64,000 nt of DNA from Sedimentisphaerales bacterium (GTDB lineage Bacteria; Planctomycetota; Phycisphaerae; Sedimentisphaerales; Anaerobacaceae): positions 3,520,001 to 3,584,000 of the forward strand of contig OY970194.1 of the NCBI GenBank assembly GCA_963708075.1, written 5' to 3'. Under the pieces are notes generated by a model that saw nothing but the letters and a program-made list of their open reading frames with translations, did not search any database and had not been told where the DNA came from. The translations under genes and the position numbers were made by a program. Positions 40,628-49,421 of this stretch are shown here, piece by piece (within the stretch, counting starts at the first letter, position 1; each line of letters begins with the position of its first letter).

Positions 40628-42141
40628 CTCTTCTCCAAGGGCTTTTGCGAGCCAATCGTCAGCGTCATGTCGAACTTGTCCCGCTCGCCATCGGCGCCAA
40701 TCTGGTGTTCCTCGACGAACAGGCCGACTTTCTTCATGGCATCAAGCACGCTATCGGTGCTTCGGCGGTTGCTCGTACTGCCGTTGATGTAGATCGTCTT
40801 GGTCGTGATGGTGATCGTATCGACAACCAGGCCGGTCTGTGCCGCACAACTGTTCATCGCCTGGAGCACGAGCGTCAGTTTGGCGGAGATCGATTCCTGC
40901 GGGGCTCCCTTGATCCCCTTCTCAGCCATGAGACGGTCGAGTTCCTTCTTAACGTTCCTCACGGCGTCCTTTATGGTGGTCGGCGACTTCTTGCCCACCA
41001 TCACGGCGACATAATCAGGCCGGAATTTTTCGCGAATGTCGGCCTTCGTCTTGTTCACGGACATCAGGTGGGCCTGGAAGTACACGCCGACGGCAAGCAA
41101 CAGGATCGTGACCGAGATGCTGAGGAATTTCAGGGCCCGGTTCGTGCGGAGTATTGTGCCTTCATAGGGCATGTGATCGTTGCGGAAGTTGACGCCCTTT
41201 TCCTTCTCCGGAAGCGCCAGGGCGGCCCCATACGCCAGGGCGAAATCCACCGCACTGAAGCAGCCGGCGATATCGTCCGGCCCGGCGCCGGCCAATCCTG
41301 CGGGATCGCAGACTGCCACCGGCCGGCCCACTCGACCCGCGAGCTGCTCTGCGGAGACCTCATTCCTCACATCGAAGAGGCACAACTGGTCCACCGGGCC
41401 GCCGGCCTCCGCCAACGCCGCCGTGAGGAGAGTCTCCCTCGCCAGCACCTGCTCTCTGTTGCGGGTTTCCGCGAGCGGAAACGCCCGGACCGTCGATGGC
41501 TCGCCCGCTTTGGGAATCGTAAGCAGATAACCGCGCGAGTCGGAGAGCAACGCATACAGGGGCTTGTGTTTGGACGCCTCGGCAGACGCCCCGTATATGC
41601 CCAGGTAACGGGAGAGACAATAGCTGTCGGGATCTACGGTCACGGGATCGATGCCGGCGCCTTGCAGGGCGAGCAGGATCTCGGTCAGCACGCCGCGCTG
41701 CGCGGTGAAGACGTCGAGGTCCGAGCCGCTGTCGTCGCTCGAAACGACTCGGAACGCCACAGCCACATCGGCAACATCCGTGGCCAGGGCCTCCTCCGTG
41801 TCGAAACGAACCGTCGCGGCAATCCTCTTGTAGTCGCCGAATTCGCTGTGCACCGCATGTTGCATGAACATCGCGCAGTCCAGGGCCACCGCCGCCTGCC
41901 CGAACTTCAGACCCCGCTCCGCACAGGTCTGGACGATACGCTCGGCCAGCGCCTGCTGGCGATTCTCTTGCGGGTCCTCGACAGAGACCGAGAAACAGCC
42001 CAGCAGCTTTCTGTCTCGGCCCTGCGAAGCCAGGCAGACCACCGTGGCCCGATCCTGTCTCAGGTAAATTCCTAAATGATTATGAGACTCCACTCTCAAT
42101 GATCTCCAAAAAGCTGTCAGCAACCGTGATGTATCGGCCAA
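40624..42141 (-). CDS. GspL/PilM-PilN-like T2SS protein
   Basis: Actin-like N-terminus (LGIYL...AATVRFDTEE); ALAYGAAL; VNFR followed by a TM helix and periplasmic domain; position after gspK. Confidence 0.72.
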   Translation of the reverse strand: MADTSRLLTAFWRSLRVESHNHLGIYLRQDRATVVCLASQGRDRKLLGCFSVSVEDPQENRQQALAERIVQTCAERGLKFGQAAVALDCAMFMQHAVHSEFGDYKRIAATVRFDTEEALATDVADVAVAFRVVSSDDSGSDLDVFTAQRGVLTEILLALQGAGIDPVTVDPDSYCLSRYLGIYGASAEASKHKPLYALLSDSRGYLLTIPKAGEPSTVRAFPLAETRNREQVLARETLLTAALAEAGGPVDQLCLFDVRNEVSAEQLAGRVGRPVAVCDPAGLAGAGPDDIAGCFSAVDFALAYGAALALPEKEKGVNFRNDHMPYEGTILRTNRALKFLSISVTILLLAVGVYFQAHLMSVNKTKADIREKFRPDYVAVMVGKKSPTTIKDAVRNVKKELDRLMAEKGIKGAPQESISAKLTLVLQAMNSCAAQTGLVVDTITITTKTIYINGSTSNRRSTDSVLDAMKKVGLFVEEHQIGADGERDKFDMTLTIGSQKPLEKS

Positions 42142-42163
42142 ATGCCGAAAAACCGGTCCTTAA

Positions 42164-43630
42164 TTAGTCGGAAATAACACCGATCTGCTTTACCTTATCG
42201 CCTTCCTTGCTTACGGCCGCGATGGCGGTGACTCTCGCCACCCCGCTGACCGCCGTGACCCGGATCGTGAACACGTTGCTCGCCGTCGTGAGGAACTCCT
42301 TGCATTTATCGATGGAATCGGAATATCGAAACGCGCCTTTCTTCACCTCCTCGATATCGGAGAAAGGCTTCTCCTGCCTCAGGCGGATGATCTCGTCGGC
42401 AATCTTGACCGCATTTGCGACGCTGCCGAAGGCCAAGGCGGCTTCCAGGACATTTCTCGGGGCCGTGTTGATATTGACCTGCCTCGTCGTCCAGAGGCTC
42501 AGATACTTCATAGCCGATTCGTTCCGGGTGTCGCTGGCGATACTTGGCCGGCTGAGGAGGTCCGTGTTGACAAACGAGCTGTGGAAGAGTTTGCCAAAAT
42601 CCACGTTCTGCTGTTCCATCTGCTCGGCCGGGGAAGCCACGGTCTTGGTCAGGGTACGGGGTGCGGAAGCCGCAGTACCGGTCCTGCTGGTCGTACCAGC
42701 CGTGCTTGGCGAACGGGTGACCCGGCTGCGCACGCTCGGCGAAGACTCCGCCTTCGTGGTCAGCGGCTTGAATTCGAGCTGATAGGATCGGAACTCCCCG
42801 ATCTTGCCCAGGTCTTCCTGCAAGCCGGTGATTTCGGTCGGCGTGTAACCCATCCACTCGCAGAAGGTCGCAAACCCCGTCTCGGCCAGCGCCTTCCACT
42901 TCTCATCCGTGATGAGCGCCCAGTTCAAAGGATACTTGGCGTTCTCGTCTTCGATCTCGATCTTCACCTTGGCCGAGCCAATCTCGCATTCCAGAGCCGT
43001 GGTGACGAGCGGCCAGGGCGGCCCGTACGGACCCGGAATAGCGAGGGACGCCGCGCCAGTGTCGTTGGCGTCGTTGACGTCATTGGCATCGCTGCCGTAT
43101 TCCACGTCAATGGCTTGCCTCTTCTTCTTGACGCTGCGCTTCGTCTTCGCTTTGGCGTCCCCCTTCTTCTTGGCGCCGGCGTCAGGTTTCGCCTTCTCGT
43201 CGGTAGCTCCGTCGTCCCGGGCATCAGAGTCCAACTCCGCCTGTCCGTCCGGGGCATCGCCATCCGCCGCCTTCGCATTCAGCGCGAACTGGGCCAGGAA
43301 TTTCTGGTATTCGACTTCAGTCATGGCAAAGATATTGGAGAAGTCCGGCTCGTTGGGGCGGCTGATGAGCTGAGGCTCCATGCTGCCGATCGTCGTCATC
43401 GCGTACTTCAACGCCGAGGCGCAGGCGTACCGCGCCTGGCTGTAGTCGATGACGTACTGGTCCCGATGGCGGCGCACCGCCACGCGAGCGGTCAGCGTGT
43501 AACCGAGCGTCGCCAGAATGACCAGGATCACCAGCGTGATCAGCAGGATCACGCCCGGACGATACTTATCGCCCCGTCCGTCCGGATCTCCCGGGCACTG
43601 GCTGAACAGGTTTATAGGGCACTGGCTCAT
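42164..43630 (-). CDS. gspK: GspK-like minor pseudopilin
   Basis: RPG|VILLITLVILVIL; QARYACASAL; IEDENAKYPLN; VNINTAP..VL; FTIRVTA. Confidence 0.82.
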   Translation of the reverse strand: MSQCPINLFSQCPGDPDGRGDKYRPGVILLITLVILVILATLGYTLTARVAVRRHRDQYVIDYSQARYACASALKYAMTTIGSMEPQLISRPNEPDFSNIFAMTEVEYQKFLAQFALNAKAADGDAPDGQAELDSDARDDGATDEKAKPDAGAKKKGDAKAKTKRSVKKKRQAIDVEYGSDANDVNDANDTGAASLAIPGPYGPPWPLVTTALECEIGSAKVKIEIEDENAKYPLNWALITDEKWKALAETGFATFCEWMGYTPTEITGLQEDLGKIGEFRSYQLEFKPLTTKAESSPSVRSRVTRSPSTAGTTSRTGTAASAPRTLTKTVASPAEQMEQQNVDFGKLFHSSFVNTDLLSRPSIASDTRNESAMKYLSLWTTRQVNINTAPRNVLEAALAFGSVANAVKIADEIIRLRQEKPFSDIEEVKKGAFRYSDSIDKCKEFLTTASNVFTIRVTAVSGVARVTAIAAVSKEGDKVKQIGVISD

Positions 43631-44486
43631 TGGTTCTCTGAGGGGTCCGTCCGTCAGGAGTCCGGGATCCCCGCTCACTAGTCTTCTGCAATCCCGGCTG
43701 CCCGGGCTTCTGTGGTACTTTCTCGTCGGTTTCCTCCGGCGTTTGCTCACCGGCCGCTGCGTTGGGATCGTTCACGTCCGTTCCCGCCGCAGCCATCACG
43801 AACCTGATCTTACGCGTCTTGTCGACGGCGATGGTGCGACTGATTTGCTCTTCCTCGTATACCTCCCAGGTGCCCTGCACCGTCTCATGGGGCTGAGCGA
43901 AAGAGATCGTGGCTTTCACGCCCGGCGGCAAGGCCCCTTCCGTCCACTGGTCCACGAGCTCATCCCCCTTGGGGACCTCCAACCGGAAGTATGTCACGCC
44001 GCGGCACAGAGGGACCAGCGGATAGCTCTCCTCCCACGTCTCTCTCTTCGCATCGAGCAGCTTATCTTCCCGATCGATCCCCTCGTGGCCGCGATAGATC
44101 ACCAGGCCGGACGACCCCTCGTAATCATAGCCGGCCCGCCATGTGATCTCTTCAAAGACCTTCTCCTCGTTCTTGCTGTTGCGCATGGTCCGTCGGATCA
44201 CCAGTTGGGCCCGTGCAAAGTTGTGGTCGAGGCCGTTCTTGATCTGGATGGTGACGTCCTGCTGACCGCTCTGAACGCGGTCGAGGTCCTCCGCCAGGCG
44301 CTGCAACACCTCGGTGGCGAGGGCCGGACCTTCGACCCTCCCCAGGATCGCTTCGGCCGCCTGATTCACCCGGCCGTAGACCGTCAGGATCGCCGTCAGG
44401 ACCATCGCCCCGATGACGAGCGCGACGATCATCTCCCCCAGCGAGGAGATCCCCGGTCGATAGTATTGTCTGCATCGTGTCCGCAT
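43566..44486 (-). CDS. GspJ-like minor pseudopilin
   Basis: Prepilin-like SLGEMIVALVIGAMVL (atypical cleavage region); LQRLAEDL; W...LPPGVKATI. Confidence 0.7.
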   Translation of the reverse strand: MRTRCRQYYRPGISSLGEMIVALVIGAMVLTAILTVYGRVNQAAEAILGRVEGPALATEVLQRLAEDLDRVQSGQQDVTIQIKNGLDHNFARAQLVIRRTMRNSKNEEKVFEEITWRAGYDYEGSSGLVIYRGHEGIDREDKLLDAKRETWEESYPLVPLCRGVTYFRLEVPKGDELVDQWTEGALPPGVKATISFAQPHETVQGTWEVYEEEQISRTIAVDKTRKIRFVMAAAGTDVNDPNAAAGEQTPEETDEKVPQKPGQPGLQKTSERGSRTPDGRTPQRTNEPVPYKPVQPVPGRSGRTGR

Positions 44487-44524
44487 ACGGCACTCAATCC
44501 GTGCGCCCGGCTCCACAGCCGGGA

Positions 44525-45397
44525 CTACTTCTTCTTTTGGCCCTTGAGCAGCTTCATGACATCGCCGACACCCATCTTGTCCAACTGCTCCTGGGGCAGG
44601 CCGGTCAAGGAGTCCTTGCCGTCGGTATCCTGGATCTGATCGGTCCCTTGTCCGCTGTCTTCCGCCTGATCCTTGAGGAATGCGGCGAGATCTTCCATGG
44701 ATTCGACCTGCTGCTGCTTCTCTACGCCGGTCGGCTTGCCGTCGCTTCGCACATACACATCGAGGTTGAACTTGATGAAGGCGCCGTCTTTCATGGTGAC
44801 CAATCCATTCTCCGCCCATTGTTCGATCGTCTCGACATCGACGCCGGCATACTCTGCCGCCTCTTCCGCGGTCGCGAGGAGCTGTTCGGCCGTGAGTTCC
44901 TCAATGCTCTGCGGCTCCCCCCCGAGCTGACCCGCCTGCTGGTCGGTCAGTTCCGTGATCCAGTGCTCCAGCTTGACCGTCTGCTCCTCGCCCGTCGAGT
45001 CGATGTACTCCGCCGAACAGACCGCGCGAATCCACATCTTGCCCGACACCGGCTCGGCAAACGCCTCGACGACCGTCTTCCAGGAGATGTCCGGGTACAA
45101 CTCACTCTGGCCATAGTCCACCATCTCCTCCACCGTACTGGAGGCAAGGACCTTCTCCATGTTCTCTCGGGCCAACTGAAAAGCCTCCATCCGCAGGCCG
45201 GCTTCGGCGGTCGATTCGAGGCACCGGTCGACCACGACCAGCATGCTCGAACTGACCAGGGCCAGGATCGCCAGGGCCGCCATCACCTCAAGCAGAGTGA
45301 AGCCCGACCCGCTGCGTTCCCGCTGCGGCCTGCGTCCTGCGATCATCTTGTCGATCCTTGTACTGTGCATAGGTGTCGGAGACTGCAACGCGCCCAC
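44525..45397 (-). CDS. GspI-like minor pseudopilin with C-terminal extension
   Basis: G|FTLLEVMAALAIL; AFQLARENME; position between gspH and gspJ. Confidence 0.78.
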   Translation of the reverse strand: MGALQSPTPMHSTRIDKMIAGRRPQRERSGSGFTLLEVMAALAILALVSSSMLVVVDRCLESTAEAGLRMEAFQLARENMEKVLASSTVEEMVDYGQSELYPDISWKTVVEAFAEPVSGKMWIRAVCSAEYIDSTGEEQTVKLEHWITELTDQQAGQLGGEPQSIEELTAEQLLATAEEAAEYAGVDVETIEQWAENGLVTMKDGAFIKFNLDVYVRSDGKPTGVEKQQQVESMEDLAAFLKDQAEDSGQGTDQIQDTDGKDSLTGLPQEQLDKMGVGDVMKLLKGQKKK

Positions 45398-45400
45398 GAG

Positions 45401-46018
45401 TTAAAGAAATGGCACTTCGTCTTTGCCCTTCGGGGTCATCAAGGCGGGATCGCCCTCGACCAGCTCCACGATCGGCGTAATCCTGCTGACCACCACCGCG
45501 TACGATTGCTCACTTTCGTCCAGGAAGACGATCTTTCCGCCGTAGTGCCAGCCGGCATGCCCGACGCGGAACTTGGCTTTGCCCTCGTTGGTGAAGGTGC
45601 TGTCGTCAAACTCCACGTACGCGACCCGGCAGCTTGCCCCGAACTGTCCGTCGAGGATGATTTCCTCGTCGAGCACCTGCGACAGGTCGGAGGAGGTGAT
45701 CTCCCGGAGCAGGAAGGTCTGCTCGCCCAAGTCGATAATCACCTCGTACCTGCGACTGCTCTCGGCGGCCGCCGAGACGGCCATCTGCATGGCGGAAACG
45801 AATTCCTGCACGTCCGCTTTGAACTGGCTGCGCCGCATCGTGCCGAACAGGTTCACCTGTACCAGGACCACGAACAGCGCAAGGATAGAGACAACAAGGA
45901 TCATCTCCACGAGCACGAAGGCCCGCCTGCGCAGGCGGGTAGCCTTGGGCCGGACAGGTACACAGCCGCTCCCGTCGCCACAAATGCGATTACGAATCGG
46001 TGCTGAGCAGGTCCGCAT
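45401..46018 (-). CDS. GspH-like minor pseudopilin (start uncertain)
   Basis: RRRA|FVLVEMILVVSIL; follows gspG. Confidence 0.75.
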   Translation of the reverse strand: MRTCSAPIRNRICGDGSGCVPVRPKATRLRRRAFVLVEMILVVSILALFVVLVQVNLFGTMRRSQFKADVQEFVSAMQMAVSAAAESSRRYEVIIDLGEQTFLLREITSSDLSQVLDEEIILDGQFGASCRVAYVEFDDSTFTNEGKAKFRVGHAGWHYGGKIVFLDESEQSYAVVVSRITPIVELVEGDPALMTPKGKDEVPFL

Positions 46019-46430
46019 TGTAGTCTTCGCCATCTTCCTCGCCATCGGCTCCGAGACTCTTGATGAGGAATGGCTTGCCGTTGGCCGGGTTCAACTCATA
46101 AATGAAATCGTGTCCCCATGCATCCTGGGGGAGATTCGTCGTCTCCAGATACCCGCCGGCCGGCCAGCTCGCAACATCCGTCGGCTGTTCAAGGAGAGCC
46201 ATCAAGCCTTCATCCTCTGTTGGGAATCGGCCGGTATCCATCTTGAACTGATTGACGGCACTGTGCAGGGCCTTCAAACTGGCCCTGGTGGTAATCACTC
46301 TCGCCTTGTCGGTATGGCCGACGAAGTTTCCCACGACCACGGTGAACAGTAGACCAAGGATGATGAGCACGGCCATCAGCTCGACCATCGTAAAGCCTGC
46401 CCGGGCTCTGCGGTTTCTTTTCTCCTTCAT
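45990..46430 (-). CDS. gspG: T2SS major pseudopilin
   Basis: G|FTMVELMAVLIILG; FKMDTGRFPTEDEGLMAL; PQDAWGHDFIY; SLGADGEEDGE. Confidence 0.95.
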   Translation of the reverse strand: MKEKRNRRARAGFTMVELMAVLIILGLLFTVVVGNFVGHTDKARVITTRASLKALHSAVNQFKMDTGRFPTEDEGLMALLEQPTDVASWPAGGYLETTNLPQDAWGHDFIYELNPANGKPFLIKSLGADGEEDGEDYNADLLSTDS

Positions 46431-46451
46431 AGTTCTTCTTCTCCAAAACGC

Positions 46452-47669
46452 CTAGAACTTGATTGTTGAAATTCTCAGGATGGGCAGAATCGTCGCATAC
46501 GCGATGACGCCGACCACGACCGCCATGAAGATGATGATGAGAGGCTCGACCGCCGCACTGAGACGCTCGATGACGATGTCCGTGGAAGATTCGAGGTTCT
46601 CGCTGATGCTCTTGAGCATGGTCTCGAGCTCACCGCTCTTCTCGCCGACGGAGACCATGTGCGCGATGGCCGGATCGATGACGCCGCTGTCGCGAAGGGG
46701 AGTCGCGATATCGGCGCCGGCCAGGATGCGCTCCCGGGCCTGCTGCACCGCCCGCTTCATCAGGGTGTTGCCCGTCGTTTCCGAGACCACCCGCAGCGAC
46801 TCGGCCATGGACAGTCCCGAGCCGATCAGCGTGGACAGTGTCGAGGCGAACCGGGCGACGACGCGCTGCTTGATCAGCGGACCGAACACCGGCAGGGAAA
46901 GCAGGAACTTGTCCCTCAGGTAGGCCCCCCGCTCCGTCTTGAAGAACCGCCGCGCCACGAAGACGAGCAATGCGATCGCCCCGAGCAGGACGAACACCCG
47001 CCAGCTCGTCAGCACGTGGCTGAAATTCATCAACTGCTTCGTGATCCACGGCAGCTCCTGCCCCGTCCGCACGATCTGCTCACCGATCTTCGGAATCACC
47101 TTGGTCGTCAGGATCAGCACGGCGAACAGGCAGAACACGACCAGGACGATGGGATAGATCATCGCCGTCAGGATTTTGGCCTCGACGCGCTGTCGCTTCT
47201 CCATGAAGGCGGCGATGGTTTTCAGGCTGCCGCCCAGCGTGCCGGTGACCTCGCCGACCCGGACCATGGCCACATAGATGACGTCGAAGTAGTTGTCGTA
47301 ATCCTTCAACGCGTCCGTGAGGGACTCGCCCGTCACGACGCGGTCGCGAACCTCCGTCAGGGCGTTGCGAAATCGGGGTTCCGAGCTTTGCATCATCAGC
47401 ACGGAAAGGGCCTCCGTCAGCTTGATGCCGGAGTTCAGCAGCGTGGCTAATTGCTTGGTGAAGTCGGTGAGTTGGCTCTTGCTCCTCTTGCGCAGGAAGG
47501 AGAACAGGGCGCGCTTGCTCTCGACGGCGGAAGTCACCTCGGTGACGGAGGACGGATGGATGTTGCGCATCCGCAACTGTTTTCGCGCCGCGAAGGGGCT
47601 CTCGGCGGTGACCGATCCCTTGGTCTTCTTGCCGCCCGTGGTTATCGCCGTGTATTCATACCTCGGCAT
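46452..47669 (-). CDS. gspF: T2SS inner-membrane platform protein
   Basis: FTKQLATLLNSGIKL; VGEVTGTL; AMIYP; VGEKSGEL; EPLIII. Confidence 0.93.
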   Translation of the reverse strand: MPRYEYTAITTGGKKTKGSVTAESPFAARKQLRMRNIHPSSVTEVTSAVESKRALFSFLRKRSKSQLTDFTKQLATLLNSGIKLTEALSVLMMQSSEPRFRNALTEVRDRVVTGESLTDALKDYDNYFDVIYVAMVRVGEVTGTLGGSLKTIAAFMEKRQRVEAKILTAMIYPIVLVVFCLFAVLILTTKVIPKIGEQIVRTGQELPWITKQLMNFSHVLTSWRVFVLLGAIALLVFVARRFFKTERGAYLRDKFLLSLPVFGPLIKQRVVARFASTLSTLIGSGLSMAESLRVVSETTGNTLMKRAVQQARERILAGADIATPLRDSGVIDPAIAHMVSVGEKSGELETMLKSISENLESSTDIVIERLSAAVEPLIIIFMAVVVGVIAYATILPILRISTIKF

Positions 47670-47684
47670 AATCCGTTCCCATCC

Positions 47685-49391
47685 TTACGTGACATCCGCC
47701 TGAGTCACCCTCAGAACCTCGGCCACCGTGGTGATGCCCGCGAGGACCTTGCGGGCCCCGTCCATTCGCAGGGTCTGCATGCCCGCCTGGAGGGCGAGTC
47801 TCTTGATCGATCCGGCGGTAGCCCTCTGGTAGATAAGCTCCTGGATCTCATCATTGACGAGCATCAGCTCATAGATACCGGTCCGGCCGCGATAGCCCGT
47901 CTGGAAGCACCGCTCACAGCCTGCTCCCACGTAGAACTTGGCGTCCCCGTTCTGCTCCGGGGTGCCCAGGCCAAGCTCGCTGATCTCCTGGGCCGTGGGG
48001 GTCGACGGCTGCCGGCAATCCGGACAGACTCTTCGCACGAGCCGCTGTGCCATAATAGCAATCAGCGACGAACTGGCAAGATACGGCTCGACGCCCAGGT
48101 CCAGCAATCGGCTGACCGCGCCGGCCGAGTCGTTCGTGTGCAGCGTGCTGAAGACCAGGTGGCCCGTCAGGGACGACTGGATCGCCATGCGGGCCGTCTC
48201 GACGTCGCGGACCTCGCCGACCATGATCACGTCGGGGTCCTGACGCAACACGTGCCGCAGGGAGGTCGCGAAGGTCATGCCCTTCTTGCTGGCCACCTGA
48301 ATCTGGCTGATCCCCGTAAGCTGGTACTCGATGGGGTCCTCGATCGTGATGACGTTCTTCTCCGCCGAGTTGATCCGGTTGAGGCAGGCATAGAGTGTGG
48401 TGCTCTTGCCGCTGCCGGTGGGTCCCGTGACGAAGATCACGCCGTGTGCGCGATTCAGCAGGGAATCGAGTCTCCCCAGGTCATCCGCCCACAGGCCCAG
48501 CTCGCCCAGGGCGAACACGCCGGTGCTTTTGTCCAGGATACGCAGCACGCAGCGTTCGCCGAAGCTGGTCGGGACGGTGCTCACGCGTAAGTCCACCTCC
48601 CGCTGGCCGAGCCGAACGCTGGAGCGGCCGTCCTGCGGCAACCGCCGCTCCGCAATGTCCATGCCCGCCATGACCTTGATACGCGAAATGATCAGGGGAA
48701 GAACATTTCGATTCAAGCTCAACACGTCGTACAGGATGCCGTCGACGCGGTAGCGGATCTGGATCTTCGACTCATACGGATGGACGTGGATGTCACTCGC
48801 TCTCATTTGCAGCGCGCGAAAGAGGATGTCATTGCAAAGCCGGATGACGGGCGGCCGGTTCACAACGTCCAGCAGATCGTCCGAGGCGGCCACCTCGTCG
48901 ACCAACTGGTCGAGGTTCTGCGAGTCCAGCTCCTCGGCGACCTCTTCAATGACGGTGCTTCGCTGCTGGTAGGCGGTATCGATGACGGCCGTGATCGCGG
49001 CCCGCGTAGAAAGCGCGGGCGAGACCGGCATGCGGGTCATTTTTGAGACGTTGTCCAGGATATTCGTATCCAGCGGCCGCGACAGGACCACCGTCAGCTC
49101 GCCGTTGTCCTGCTCGGACTTGACGCCGATCAGGTAATGATGCTGAGCATACACGGCCGGGACGGCCTGAACGAACTCTCGGGGGACCGCCTGGTCGGAA
49201 ATCTCCGTCAGATACTCCCAGCCGAGCGCCTCGGCAAACAACTTGAGGACCACGTCTTCCGTGAAATAGGGACACGCGAGCAGAACCTCATCGAGTCGGC
49301 CCCGGCCCTGGCTCTCCTCGATGACCTTGGCCAGACGCTCGGCGTTGACCAGCCCTGTTCTCTTCGCCGTCTGTATCAGCAAGTCCTTCAT
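47685..49391 (-). CDS. gspE: T2SS assembly ATPase
   Basis: ASDIH; DIAERRLPQDG; GPTGSGKSTTLY; LRQDPDVIMVGEVRD; CPDC...CERC; GYRGRTG. Confidence 0.95.
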   Translation of the reverse strand: MKDLLIQTAKRTGLVNAERLAKVIEESQGRGRLDEVLLACPYFTEDVVLKLFAEALGWEYLTEISDQAVPREFVQAVPAVYAQHHYLIGVKSEQDNGELTVVLSRPLDTNILDNVSKMTRMPVSPALSTRAAITAVIDTAYQQRSTVIEEVAEELDSQNLDQLVDEVAASDDLLDVVNRPPVIRLCNDILFRALQMRASDIHVHPYESKIQIRYRVDGILYDVLSLNRNVLPLIISRIKVMAGMDIAERRLPQDGRSSVRLGQREVDLRVSTVPTSFGERCVLRILDKSTGVFALGELGLWADDLGRLDSLLNRAHGVIFVTGPTGSGKSTTLYACLNRINSAEKNVITIEDPIEYQLTGISQIQVASKKGMTFATSLRHVLRQDPDVIMVGEVRDVETARMAIQSSLTGHLVFSTLHTNDSAGAVSRLLDLGVEPYLASSSLIAIMAQRLVRRVCPDCRQPSTPTAQEISELGLGTPEQNGDAKFYVGAGCERCFQTGYRGRTGIYELMLVNDEIQELIYQRATAGSIKRLALQAGMQTLRMDGARKVLAGITTVAEVLRVTQADVT

Positions 49392-49421
49392 ATCACCCGC
49401 TTCTTCCTATAGCACGGCACA

